Virus record (IMG/VR): IMGVR_UViG_3300029319_000010
Span: 1 to 64,000 of that record
DNA from: a virus
Strand: one strand, 5' to 3'
Length of the DNA: 64,000 nucleotides
The position numbers and the translations under genes were made by a program. The notes under the pieces are model-generated. The model was not told the DNA's origin and did not search any database. It saw only the letters and a program-made list of their open reading frames with translations. Shown piece by piece: positions 32,841-42,748 of the stretch. The first letter of the stretch is position 1, and the number at the start of each line of letters is the position of its first letter.

Positions 32841-32887
32841 TTAATTTATGTATTGGTTATAACGTTGGCAATATACAAAATAATTAT

Positions 32888-32916
32888 AAAAAAAGAAAGC
32901 CCTGAAAAACAGGGCT
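32888..32916 (-). terminator. Rho-independent terminator
   Basis: AGCCCTG-aaaaa-CAGGGCT hairpin (32898-32916) with adjacent A-run (U-tail on minus strand), downstream of 32964..33536. Confidence 0.75.
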
Positions 32917-32963
32917 CTCCACGATGGTAGAGTTAAAACCAACAAAAAAATCTCTACTTCTCG

Positions 32964-33536
32964 TTATTCATTTAATGTTCTTACAAGTAACTCTACTGAA
33001 TAACATGTTTCTGTTTTTAATCTAAACCTATATACAGTATTTGGTAATAATGGAGTTACATTACCAACTGTATATGTAATATTTCCTGGATATGGTAAAG
33101 CAACTGCATTATCTTGTACAAATGCTCCATTTTCAGTTGCATATTCTACATTTATTGCAGTTTGCCCTGCTGGAACACTATCCCAATTTATTGTAACAGT
33201 AGTTGATGTTGTTGCAGAATCATCATGCCATATATGTGGTATAGATATATTATAACAAGCTGGTGTTGTAGCAAAAATAAACATTCTTTGTAATATTACA
33301 TCTAGCTTATCTCCAGCAAATGCATATAATGTTTGATTAGCATCATTAGTCTTTTGAAAAGTATTTCTGCATCTAGCCACACAATCTGTACAAATTATTT
33401 CATCACAATGTTCAGGATGTCCTCTTTTACTATCAAATGATCCTGTACAATCTGTATAAGAACAAGGTGTTGTCAATCCGTGATCTTTACAAGCACATGG
33501 TGATGATTTAGTATGTCCGCATTTATTACAAGCCAT
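32964..33536 (-). CDS. Cys-rich structural protein with C-terminal FN3-like domain (190 aa)
   Basis: Cys-rich N-terminus; FN3 pattern TVTINWD...LLPNTVYRFRL. Confidence 0.6.
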   Translation of the reverse strand: MACNKCGHTKSSPCACKDHGLTTPCSYTDCTGSFDSKRGHPEHCDEIICTDCVARCRNTFQKTNDANQTLYAFAGDKLDVILQRMFIFATTPACYNISIPHIWHDDSATTSTTVTINWDSVPAGQTAINVEYATENGAFVQDNAVALPYPGNITYTVGNVTPLLPNTVYRFRLKTETCYSVELLVRTLNE

Positions 33537-33554
33537 TTCTTTATTTTTTAATTA

Positions 33555-36500
33555 TTAACATGTTGATGAATTTATCCAGTAATTAGGTCCTGCTGGTACA
33601 TATTGCGCCCTTTTATTAGTACCTCCATCATTGTAAGCATACCATCCTGCTGCTAATTCATAAGCTGATTGTGCATTTGTACAACCTGATTGAGAACTAT
33701 AAGCTTTTACTGTAGGATCAAATACAGTTCCTGTTGAATTCCATATCTTTGTTGCAGCTGATCCAACTCCACTACACGCTGTAGAAGATGAAGAAGCATC
33801 AAATGCAAATAATGTACTATTACTGTGCATTCTTGGACAATTTGATGTACTCGGAGCATTTAATAAAGATCCTTCGGTCAATCCCATCATTCCTAAGAAT
33901 GCATCTTTTACTGTAGTATTATCAGTACCCCAATCTATTCCATTTTCAAAATACATATGTGGAACTACTTTATGATTCTCTAAACCTACTATTGTATTAG
34001 ATCCTGTACCTGTACCTCCAGTGTATGGATTTGTTCCTGCAGCAACACCATCTAATAAGTAAGCTTGAAGATCTACTGGAAACTGAACACCACCTATCTT
34101 AGATCCATAGAAGTTTCTACCTGCCATTTTAGCTCCTGTTGTTGCAGCTAATATTTGTAATGCTGCAGCCGCAGACTCATTGATAGAACCAGTTAGCATA
34201 TTTATAATAAAATGATTATATACAAATGGAATAGATCCATTTTTCCAATCTCCTGTTGCTGGATACTTAGCTTGAATAGCTGTTGCCCAAGCTTGCATAG
34301 TTGATGTTGTATCATTTATATTTAATACAGCATCAAAATCTTGTTTATACTGAGTATCATTTGTTGTACCACCAGATGTAGGTTGTGTAGGTGTAGTAAA
34401 TCCATTAGCTAGTAATGCACTACCATAATTACCATTAGTATTTGTTTGATTTACAAATGAAAATACTGTAACTGATGCTTTCCATGATCCACTAGATGAA
34501 GAAAAATATCCTGGTAATGATTTCCATGTATCCCAAGTTCCTGACCCGGCAGCAATATCTATACTAGTACTAACTTGTCCGTTTTGTGAATCAATAAGAC
34601 CTCTAATATGTTTTATATAATCACCTGGTTCTAATGTACCTGAACCACCACTTCCTAATGGAATATAATGTACGTCTCCTGTCCAATTAAATGTATTTAC
34701 CAATGATGTTTTTAATGCATTAAATGTAGCTTTTATCTTAACAGCATCTGAATAACTAAAAGTTGTTGTATCTAAAAATACTACAATATCCTCATCATTA
34801 TGAGTTAAAGGTTGTGCTTTTACTATAGGTACATTACATATAGCTGTTGTATTACATGCATTTGTAAATTTAACAGTAAATGAATCAGATGTCCATACTC
34901 CACCATTATGTTGATAAGCAAAACATCCTTGTGAACTAGTAGATCTTGCTGCATCATATGTAACAGTACCATTTGCAGGTTGATTAACAATTGTCCATTT
35001 AGGTGTAACTGTAGTTTTACTTACATCACCTACTATATCAATTTTACATTCAGTAGATCCCCCTGTAGTACAATAAAATACACCACCAACTAAAGGAGTA
35101 GCTGGTTTTAATGTAATTTGTTTACAATCACAACAGAACACTACCTCTGTAATTGTTTTTGTTACTGAGTTAATTAAAGCATATGCATAAAATATAGTTC
35201 CAGCAGGAGAAGTTAATGCGCCTGCATATTTCCAACCGCTATCTTCCATAGCAGTTGTCATACCTGTTGCTGTATAAGTTACACCCCCACATGATATAGC
35301 TGCTACAGGATTTTCTGCAACAAAACTTCCCGCATGACTCCATGCCACTGTAGGAGTTGTAGTTATAGTTGAGTATATAACAATTGGTGTATTTGAGCTA
35401 TCAAATGTTGCTAACCATTGATACACATTTAATGTATCATTATAAACAGCAAGTTCTAATGAATTAGATCCTGCTACTTGATCAGTGGTGGAGCTGGAAT
35501 ATGCAGAAGAAGTTACTCTAACTGATGTACAGCTTGGTGCTGAAGTAACCAATGTATCTGAAGGACAAGTTGTAGATATTCCTGCAGAGGTTGTCATTTG
35601 AAACTGCAATTGATATGTAGTTCCAGCAGTTAAACCTGAAAATGAACCACTCACACCACTACCCCATGATGAGTATGTTTTTGTTTGTATAACAGAACCT
35701 AGAGAATTTAAAAGATTTACATAAACTTTTGCACTTCCTCCAGATGCTAATCCTACATTGCTATATGTATAACTAATTGAATTTTCTGTAGAACCTGAAC
35801 TTGTTAATGTAGGGCAGGGAGATGCATTTGTTACATTTAAAGTAACTGTTTCTCCACAGTCATTTGTTTCATTAGAAACAGCAAACTCAACCTTTACAAC
35901 AAGATTACTAGTTTTATCTACAGTACCTAAATCAGAAAGTTGTAATGGTTGATTGCTTTGATATCTACCTGAAACATCAACAAATGTTGTAAATACATTT
36001 AATGATGCGTCTGTTATAGTAATTTTAGTTTGTCTTCCTGTTCCAGAATCTCTATATCCTGTAGGTATACTTGAGCCTCTAAAATCTAAACCTAAATAAC
36101 TCCATGCTCCACCTGATGTTCTTTTAATAGTAGCTATACAATCAAAAACTATATCTTTACAACCTGATGGAGTTGTAGTAGCTTTTAGGTCTGCTACTGC
36201 TGCTCTCATGTCATTTGTTGTAATCCAAAGATTTTTTATAGCATCAGCTACAGTACGTGGTGAACCATTAAAACCATTAATAAGACCCATATTACCAGTA
36301 CCATTTAATCTATCCTCTAAAGCTAAATTTTGTTGCTGATAAGCAATTGCTTTTAAAAGTTCAGATGGTCTACCTGTTGCTCTTCTAAGTTCAAAAAGTT
36401 GTTTTTCTACTTCTGATACTAATTTTCCAGCTGTAACTGTTCCAGATAGTAAATATCTAGAAACTACTTGTTCAGCACCAGCTGACATAATTCCTCCACC

Positions 36501-37178
36501 TCTTGCACCTCCTGTTGCAACTGAACCTGTTGGTGTAATAGGATTACCATTAGCATCTACACTAGTAGGTCTAACTGTATTAGATCCGTATGCTGTAGTT
36601 CTTGCACCACCTATTGTTGTACCACCCGCACTTCTTTCAAGGTTAGCAATTCTTTCTTCATGGTTTTCTAAAGTTCTTTGTATAGATGTTACAGAGTCTT
36701 GTAAACCTGCCATATAGTTTCCTATAGTAATAACCCAACCTGTATCAGTTACTTCATCATACAATACTTGTTTTTTAATTCTTGTAGATCCTTGATCAAA
36801 TTGAGCAGCTTCAGGTAATGGCATAGAATATGCTGTAGCAAATCCTTTTGGATCAGCAGCAGCAGTTCTACTTAGTGCATCATCAGTTTCACATATTTTA
36901 TCAATAATAAACTGTAATAGTTCTTGTAAATTTTCAGCAGAACGCCCTTGACTTACAGTAATACACTTTTGTACAATACCATTTATTTCTGAATCAGCTA
37001 TTCTACCTCTTGCGGCAGTATTTGCAGTATCACATATTTCTTCAGCTATCTTTGCAACAATATCACTTATTGTATCACCCTGACATACATCAATACAATC
37101 TAGATCTGGACCCTGCCATACTACACAGTTAGAAGATAATGGATTACACCCATTAGTATTTTTCTTATTAGGTATCAT
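33555..37178 (-). CDS. Fibre/spike-like structural protein with coiled coil, FN3 and Ig/cadherin-like domains (1207 aa)
   Basis: SSNCVVWQGPDL N-terminus; LENHEERIANLE coiled coil; FN3 FSGLTAGTTYQLQ; Ig-like WTIVNQPANGTV...DSFTVK; S/T/G-rich. Confidence 0.65.
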   Translation of the reverse strand: MIPNKKNTNGCNPLSSNCVVWQGPDLDCIDVCQGDTISDIVAKIAEEICDTANTAARGRIADSEINGIVQKCITVSQGRSAENLQELLQFIIDKICETDDALSRTAAADPKGFATAYSMPLPEAAQFDQGSTRIKKQVLYDEVTDTGWVITIGNYMAGLQDSVTSIQRTLENHEERIANLERSAGGTTIGGARTTAYGSNTVRPTSVDANGNPITPTGSVATGGARGGGIMSAGAEQVVSRYLLSGTVTAGKLVSEVEKQLFELRRATGRPSELLKAIAYQQQNLALEDRLNGTGNMGLINGFNGSPRTVADAIKNLWITTNDMRAAVADLKATTTPSGCKDIVFDCIATIKRTSGGAWSYLGLDFRGSSIPTGYRDSGTGRQTKITITDASLNVFTTFVDVSGRYQSNQPLQLSDLGTVDKTSNLVVKVEFAVSNETNDCGETVTLNVTNASPCPTLTSSGSTENSISYTYSNVGLASGGSAKVYVNLLNSLGSVIQTKTYSSWGSGVSGSFSGLTAGTTYQLQFQMTTSAGISTTCPSDTLVTSAPSCTSVRVTSSAYSSSTTDQVAGSNSLELAVYNDTLNVYQWLATFDSSNTPIVIYSTITTTPTVAWSHAGSFVAENPVAAISCGGVTYTATGMTTAMEDSGWKYAGALTSPAGTIFYAYALINSVTKTITEVVFCCDCKQITLKPATPLVGGVFYCTTGGSTECKIDIVGDVSKTTVTPKWTIVNQPANGTVTYDAARSTSSQGCFAYQHNGGVWTSDSFTVKFTNACNTTAICNVPIVKAQPLTHNDEDIVVFLDTTTFSYSDAVKIKATFNALKTSLVNTFNWTGDVHYIPLGSGGSGTLEPGDYIKHIRGLIDSQNGQVSTSIDIAAGSGTWDTWKSLPGYFSSSSGSWKASVTVFSFVNQTNTNGNYGSALLANGFTTPTQPTSGGTTNDTQYKQDFDAVLNINDTTSTMQAWATAIQAKYPATGDWKNGSIPFVYNHFIINMLTGSINESAAAALQILAATTGAKMAGRNFYGSKIGGVQFPVDLQAYLLDGVAAGTNPYTGGTGTGSNTIVGLENHKVVPHMYFENGIDWGTDNTTVKDAFLGMMGLTEGSLLNAPSTSNCPRMHSNSTLFAFDASSSSTACSGVGSAATKIWNSTGTVFDPTVKAYSSQSGCTNAQSAYELAAGWYAYNDGGTNKRAQYVPAGPNYWINSSTC

Positions 37179-37262
37179 AAATATATTTATTACAGGTGTC
37201 AGTTAATACACGTATACATTATAATATACAAATTTATTAACTAACAACCAAGTTGTTATTTC

Positions 37263-38594
37263 TTAAAGGCAATCAATTGCCAAATTTGTACAAACAGGTG
37301 TAACTTCATCTGAAAGTACTATGTCTATTTTTTGTTGGTTACAGGCTCCAGTTGTTGTAAAACATTTACAGCCATTAATTATATGTTTAGTATCTACACT
37401 AGCATTCTTTATATTAACAATTAAAATGCCAGATGCATCTGTTTTTCCATAATGTGTATTATCTATAAATACATCATAATCTTTTACAGCCGCAGCATTT
37501 TTATCTTTGACTGTTATAAATAAAAGTTCTGAATCATCATTACAAATTTTATATTCAGCATCTGTTATGGTATCATCTATACTAGTATTTGCATATTTTG
37601 TAAACCCTCTTATTTCAGCTGCAAGTGGAGTACTTTGAGGTGTTCCTCCCTGTCCACCATTACTACCCAATATATAAAATCCCATCCCACCTCCTGCTCC
37701 TGTCAAAAATGCTGCATTATCAGTTGCAACATTAGAACTACCATTATATCCATAATTAAATCTACTATCAGCATTACTTCCAGTTTCTGATATTGTAAAA
37801 AAATTAGTAGTACCATCAGCTTGTGAATAATTAAATGTACCATCCAAAGAAAATACAAGCCATACATAATCTCCTGGTTTTGCACCATTTTTTTCTCCTA
37901 CTGAATTAGTATTTTGTCTCAGTGTAATTGCTGGGTTTGTTAAACCTTGTGGAGCAATACCTCCTCCAGATACCTCAATCCATCTAAATTTCCACCATTG
38001 ATTAAGTTCATGTGGTCCACCCTGTCTTCTTAATGGAGTATCCCACTGTCCAGTACCATCACCAGTACCAAAAAAAGCAGGGCTATTATTATCATTATCT
38101 CTCCTATTGATTATATTTAACCAAGCAGGATTATCTATTTCTGGTAAACCATCCACATCTCTCATAACAAATGCATAAAGTCTAACAGTATCTGGAAAAG
38201 AATCAATAGTAGTACCATATACTGCACTTAAAATAACTACAGGATAGTTTGTAAAACCGTTTGAAGGTGCACTCCCTGTTATAATGTCAGGGTTTTGAAG
38301 TCTTCTAGTAGAATATATTGTAGGTTCAAACTGAACCCATGAATCTACTGTACCACCTGATGACTGATATGTTGCAAGATTAAATGTTGTAAATGTATAA
38401 GTGGATTCATTATATAATGTTTTTGAGTTTGCTTCCCAATCACATATTTCATTTACATTAGTATGATTATTAAAGTTTGTAGGACAACAGAATGTCATTC
38501 CATATTTACTTGATCTATACTCTTTATATGCAAGATCAGCAAATGTTTGTTTTGTTTGTATTATTTTTATTAATTCTTGATCTGGAGTAGCCAT
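37263..38594 (-). CDS. Structural (tail-associated) protein (443 aa)
   Basis: Beta-rich centre, C-terminal ITVKDKN...GKTDASG prealbumin/Ig-like pattern; synteny. Confidence 0.5.
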   Translation of the reverse strand: MATPDQELIKIIQTKQTFADLAYKEYRSSKYGMTFCCPTNFNNHTNVNEICDWEANSKTLYNESTYTFTTFNLATYQSSGGTVDSWVQFEPTIYSTRRLQNPDIITGSAPSNGFTNYPVVILSAVYGTTIDSFPDTVRLYAFVMRDVDGLPEIDNPAWLNIINRRDNDNNSPAFFGTGDGTGQWDTPLRRQGGPHELNQWWKFRWIEVSGGGIAPQGLTNPAITLRQNTNSVGEKNGAKPGDYVWLVFSLDGTFNYSQADGTTNFFTISETGSNADSRFNYGYNGSSNVATDNAAFLTGAGGGMGFYILGSNGGQGGTPQSTPLAAEIRGFTKYANTSIDDTITDAEYKICNDDSELLFITVKDKNAAAVKDYDVFIDNTHYGKTDASGILIVNIKNASVDTKHIINGCKCFTTTGACNQQKIDIVLSDEVTPVCTNLAIDCL

Positions 38595-38597
38595 AGT

Positions 38598-39176
38598 TTA
38601 ACAACATATTTCACATGTGATCTTCTTAAGCTTATTATATGCAAAAGTATAAAGCTCCATGCCTTCATTAGGACTATTACAATATTCTACCTTAGCTTTT
38701 GCAGCATCTATTAGCGTTCTAATATATTTCATTTCAGCTAATAATTTTTGTTGATCAGAGCTAGGCTCACAAGGTTTAACTTGTAATGAACAAAGTTTTT
38801 TATAATATTCAGCTAGTATTTCTGATATTCTTAAATGATTATATTCAACATAAACTTTATCATGAGGTGATACACTATATTTTATAATAAATATACCATC
38901 TTTAATAATAGTTCTTGTATTTGTACAATCTAAGGTTGTTAAACCTAAACTACATGCGTTTAAATTTATTGTTCCAAAATTATTCCACTCACCTGATGAA
39001 GATTTTGTAATATCCACCTTAATTAACTTTGGTGCTGTGTATCCAGGTGCGGTAATTTCTATTTGAGGGCAATCTACTTTTAAATTTTTACAATACGTAC
39101 TTGTATCTGTTAAAGTAAATATGTCACAATTAGACATGGTTGGTGCTTCTAGACTCAAAATATGTTTACATGCCAT
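38598..39176 (-). CDS. Cys-containing structural protein, possible tail hub (192 aa)
   Basis: ORF track; synteny with crAss structural genes. Confidence 0.45.
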   Translation of the reverse strand: MACKHILSLEAPTMSNCDIFTLTDTSTYCKNLKVDCPQIEITAPGYTAPKLIKVDITKSSSGEWNNFGTINLNACSLGLTTLDCTNTRTIIKDGIFIIKYSVSPHDKVYVEYNHLRISEILAEYYKKLCSLQVKPCEPSSDQQKLLAEMKYIRTLIDAAKAKVEYCNSPNEGMELYTFAYNKLKKITCEICC

Positions 39177-39245
39177 GTTATAATCTGTTTAAAATACTAT
39201 ACTAGTTATATAATAATATACAAAATATATAAAATAAAAGAAAAT

Positions 39246-39274
39246 AAAAAAGGGGTAGAATTGATCCACCCCTC
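39246..39274 (-). terminator. Rho-independent terminator
   Basis: AGGGGTAGA-attga-TCCACCCCT stem (G-U pair on minus strand) next to an A-run, downstream of 39305..40732. Confidence 0.7.
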
Positions 39275-39304
39275 TTTTAGGTTATAGATATAGTGAGTTA
39301 ACTA

Positions 39305-40732
39305 TTAATAGTCACCTCCTAATGCTTCAAGATCTGCAATAGAACTAACCACTGCTGATCCATCTCTTTTCATGATCCCTGCTTGGATAGCTATTGTTAC
39401 CCAGTCATTATCAATTGATGTTGTAGCAGCACCTGCTCCTGAACATGGAACGTATACTTTATAATGATATTGATCATTATTAAACATTCCAGATGGATTA
39501 TTAAATCTTGGCACATTATGCAATAAGTGATACACTCTGTATGCACCTACACAATCTCCTGCACCTGAAGTAGTAGCATCTCTACCAATTGCTGTAATAA
39601 TACCAGATACACCTTCTTGCTCTCTCATTCTAGACGCATCTTTTGTACCTTGTGTGTAAGGAGATTGTCTGTATGATTCAGTTAAAAGAATGTCTCTAGC
39701 TGCTGTGTCAGCTGAAGTTCTTCTTTGTTTAAACTCTTGTGCACTTTCTGCAAAAGTTACATAGTTTAAACAAGGAACACATGCTGCACCTGTTTCATCT
39801 TGCATATCAACTATAGTCTTAAGATCTCCCATTAAATAGAAATCTCTAGTATCAAATGAAGAATCACCAAATTGTGTTTGTAATGCACAACTAGTTTTCA
39901 TTTCAAAATCAACTCTATATTGATCCGCTACTGCCCAAACACCTGATGTTCCTGTTGTTGCTGACGCTATACCAGCAGCAACACCTAGTGCACCACCATC
40001 ATAAATAAATTCCTCTTGAGCTTTACTTACTGCAGTAAATGTAGCACCACTATTTGTTGATACATACAATTTAGCTGTAGCAAATTTACTTAAGATTGGA
40101 TCATTATTAAATTGATCTCTTAAATTAATTGCAACTATTGATGGAGCAATACCAACAGAACCTGTAGGATCTTGTGTTCCACAACACATGTCTACACCAT
40201 TAGCTGTTACAGCTGCAGAGAGTGATAAAGCACCTGTACCGTCTTGAGCATTTGTAGCTGGCATTGGTAAAGCACCATTTAATGTAGCATATGCATTATG
40301 ATTTAAGAATCTTAATACTGCTGTTCCTTTAATATCTGCTCTAAACATGGGTTGTACATCACATGGAAAACATGATTGATTATCTGCAGTAGCTTTTATA
40401 GTTAATCTTCCTATATCTGCTACTTCTGCAGTACAGTCTGAAACCCACATGCTAGATATATATTTACTCATAATCATCTTTGATTTAGATGATTCTTTAT
40501 AACCACCCATTCCTGGGTTGTTACCAATTTTGTCATTAGCCTGAAATGCAGCTTGTGCTAAATAAAATCCTCCTTTATTGTTTTGCAAATCTGCAGCAGC
40601 CATAATACCAAAATCACTTGCTAAAATAGCAAACTCTCCAACAACACTTAAGTCTGCTGAAGTTTGCGTATTTGTTTGTTCGTGCGTTTTAGCTAAAAAA
40701 GCTTTACTAAACGCGTGATTGAAATAACTCAT
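39305..40732 (-). CDS. Abundant structural protein, possible auxiliary capsid protein (475 aa)
   Basis: Own upstream late motif and downstream terminator; A/G/T-rich; position three genes after MCP. Confidence 0.5.
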   Translation of the reverse strand: MSYFNHAFSKAFLAKTHEQTNTQTSADLSVVGEFAILASDFGIMAAADLQNNKGGFYLAQAAFQANDKIGNNPGMGGYKESSKSKMIMSKYISSMWVSDCTAEVADIGRLTIKATADNQSCFPCDVQPMFRADIKGTAVLRFLNHNAYATLNGALPMPATNAQDGTGALSLSAAVTANGVDMCCGTQDPTGSVGIAPSIVAINLRDQFNNDPILSKFATAKLYVSTNSGATFTAVSKAQEEFIYDGGALGVAAGIASATTGTSGVWAVADQYRVDFEMKTSCALQTQFGDSSFDTRDFYLMGDLKTIVDMQDETGAACVPCLNYVTFAESAQEFKQRRTSADTAARDILLTESYRQSPYTQGTKDASRMREQEGVSGIITAIGRDATTSGAGDCVGAYRVYHLLHNVPRFNNPSGMFNNDQYHYKVYVPCSGAGAATTSIDNDWVTIAIQAGIMKRDGSAVVSSIADLEALGGDY

Positions 40733-40829
40733 AACTTTACGTTTTTTAAAAATTAATAAATATTGATATAATAATATAGCACTATGCTATATATATAATA
40801 TACTAATTAATCATATGATTACCATATAA

Positions 40830-41582
40830 TTAATTATTTTTTTCTGCTTGCTGTGCGCCTCTAATATAATTATTTACATCAGTGACATCACCAGCAAGTA
40901 TTGATACTGCCTCATCTACAATAAGTTCTGCTACATCATCTTTAAACTCACACTCAACATCTACAGGTGAAACACCTTGATTTTGTTCTGCAGGTATAGT
41001 AGGATCAGTACATCCTTCAAATTCTATAGGACGTGGTTGTCTATAGTATTGAAAAATAATATTCTGTATTTCAAAGTCATTATTTGTATAAACTCTTAGT
41101 GTATTACCTTGGAAAGTACAAAATGTTTCAGACCATTCAAAACTTGGTTTTTTTAGCGGATCTCTTAGCATAAGATTTACATTTGCTGCTTCAGCTAAAT
41201 AAACTTGCATTATACGTCCATTTGGATCTTCTTTACAACATTCCTTTGTTGCATAAGCAGTTACTTTTTTAAATTCTAAAAAATCTTCTGCTATTCCTTC
41301 AGTAAAAAGAGTATATTGAACAGCTGCACCACTTGGTATTGCAGGACCACCCGGACCAAAAGCCAATTCTCTCAATAAAGGTTGTAAATCATCAATACGT
41401 CTCTTAGACATTTCATCTCCTTCTTTATATTGATTAGTACCTCTTAATTGTCTTCTACACCATTCTATCTGAGCCTTATTGAATGCCTCAACTATTTGCC
41501 AACACTCAATGTTGTCAAAATCATTACTAGCTAATTTATTTAACCTTTGTCTAATTTTAATTTCTATTTGAGTATTGTTCAT
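40830..41582 (-). CDS. Conserved crAss-like ring/neck protein (250 aa)
   Basis: FNKAQIEW, RRIDDLQPLL, YYRQP motifs; position two genes after MCP. Confidence 0.6.
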   Translation of the reverse strand: MNNTQIEIKIRQRLNKLASNDFDNIECWQIVEAFNKAQIEWCRRQLRGTNQYKEGDEMSKRRIDDLQPLLRELAFGPGGPAIPSGAAVQYTLFTEGIAEDFLEFKKVTAYATKECCKEDPNGRIMQVYLAEAANVNLMLRDPLKKPSFEWSETFCTFQGNTLRVYTNNDFEIQNIIFQYYRQPRPIEFEGCTDPTIPAEQNQGVSPVDVECEFKDDVAELIVDEAVSILAGDVTDVNNYIRGAQQAEKNN

Positions 41583-41585
41583 AAT

Positions 41586-42674
41586 TTACATATTCCAATA
41601 ATATTCTACATCATTAAGCAACTTAACTAATTGCTCTTCATTTATAGGGTTTTTAAAGTAATGTAACATATCTTCTGTAGTTTTACCTACTCTACCTCCT
41701 TGATAAAAATAAGTTCCGTCTGCACCAAATTTTATAAAGTTGTAAAATACAGCATCTTTAACTGCTGACTTAATTTTTAAATCTTCCATTTCCATTCTAG
41801 AAGCATCTAAAAATGATTGAGCAGCTCTTCTTTTATTACTATCTGTACCATGCCCATGAATATAATTGTCCATATTTTCATAGATAATGTCATTTGCTAC
41901 AGTCTTATTATATTGTACACTATCTGCATCTACTACTTTTGCTACATAAAATAGTTTACTATTATTACTATCATACATACTTGTTAGTGCAGCTAACGCT
42001 CTATTTCTTAATTTAGATATTTCAGTTCTTGAACTTACAGTATCCTCTAATTTATCTAAATAAAACTTAAAACTACCTTGTTGTTTTGCAATTCTTAAAT
42101 TAGGTGCAATTATAGAAAATCCACCTGCCTCAATTGCATAAAGTTTTATTAAATCATAAGGGTCAGTTGAAGGATCTAAATATAAAGGTTCATTACCAAC
42201 TCTTATACTAATTTTTTTCCAGAACTCATGATTATCATGTCTTAACAATTTTACTTTATTCCAAAACTCAGGATCTTCTGCATCTATAATATTTGCTGCT
42301 AAATCAGCTTCTAATTGTGCTACAGCTTTTCTTATCTCTTTAATCTTAGCATGTCTCTCTGCTGTAGGTAATTTCTTTACTTCAGGTGCAAATTCATTTA
42401 AACCTGTAACATATCTTTTTATACCGTTAATTTCAAGACATGTTAGTTCCTCTTCATGAACTACTCCTTCAAAAAGTGACATTGCATAATGTTCTAATCC
42501 CATATTTTCATTAGATTGATCAAAATAAACTCTTATTGCAATGTTTTGATTTTTTCCTTCTTGATATTTTTCAATTAATGTAAAATCTTTTTTTACATCA
42601 ATTGGTTTAGTATCAATTATTTGTTCAACAACTTCAGTTGTTTCTTTTTTAATATTAGTTTTTTTCTTTGCCAT
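41586..42674 (-). CDS. Conserved crAss-like protein downstream of MCP (362 aa)
   Basis: FWKKISIRV...LYLDPSTDPYDLIK resembles the gene following MCP in crAss-like phages. Confidence 0.55.
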   Translation of the reverse strand: MAKKKTNIKKETTEVVEQIIDTKPIDVKKDFTLIEKYQEGKNQNIAIRVYFDQSNENMGLEHYAMSLFEGVVHEEELTCLEINGIKRYVTGLNEFAPEVKKLPTAERHAKIKEIRKAVAQLEADLAANIIDAEDPEFWNKVKLLRHDNHEFWKKISIRVGNEPLYLDPSTDPYDLIKLYAIEAGGFSIIAPNLRIAKQQGSFKFYLDKLEDTVSSRTEISKLRNRALAALTSMYDSNNSKLFYVAKVVDADSVQYNKTVANDIIYENMDNYIHGHGTDSNKRRAAQSFLDASRMEMEDLKIKSAVKDAVFYNFIKFGADGTYFYQGGRVGKTTEDMLHYFKNPINEEQLVKLLNDVEYYWNM

Positions 42675-42694
42675 TTTAGTTAGGTTTTAAAATT

Positions 42695-42729
42695 AAAAAA
42701 AAAGATAAAAGAGGGGAACTTGTCCCCTC
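42695..42729 (-). terminator. Rho-independent terminator after MCP
   Basis: GAGGGGA-acttg-TCCCCTC hairpin (42711-42729) with A-rich tract on its left. Confidence 0.7.
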
Positions 42730-42748
42730 CTTAATCCATACATAAATA

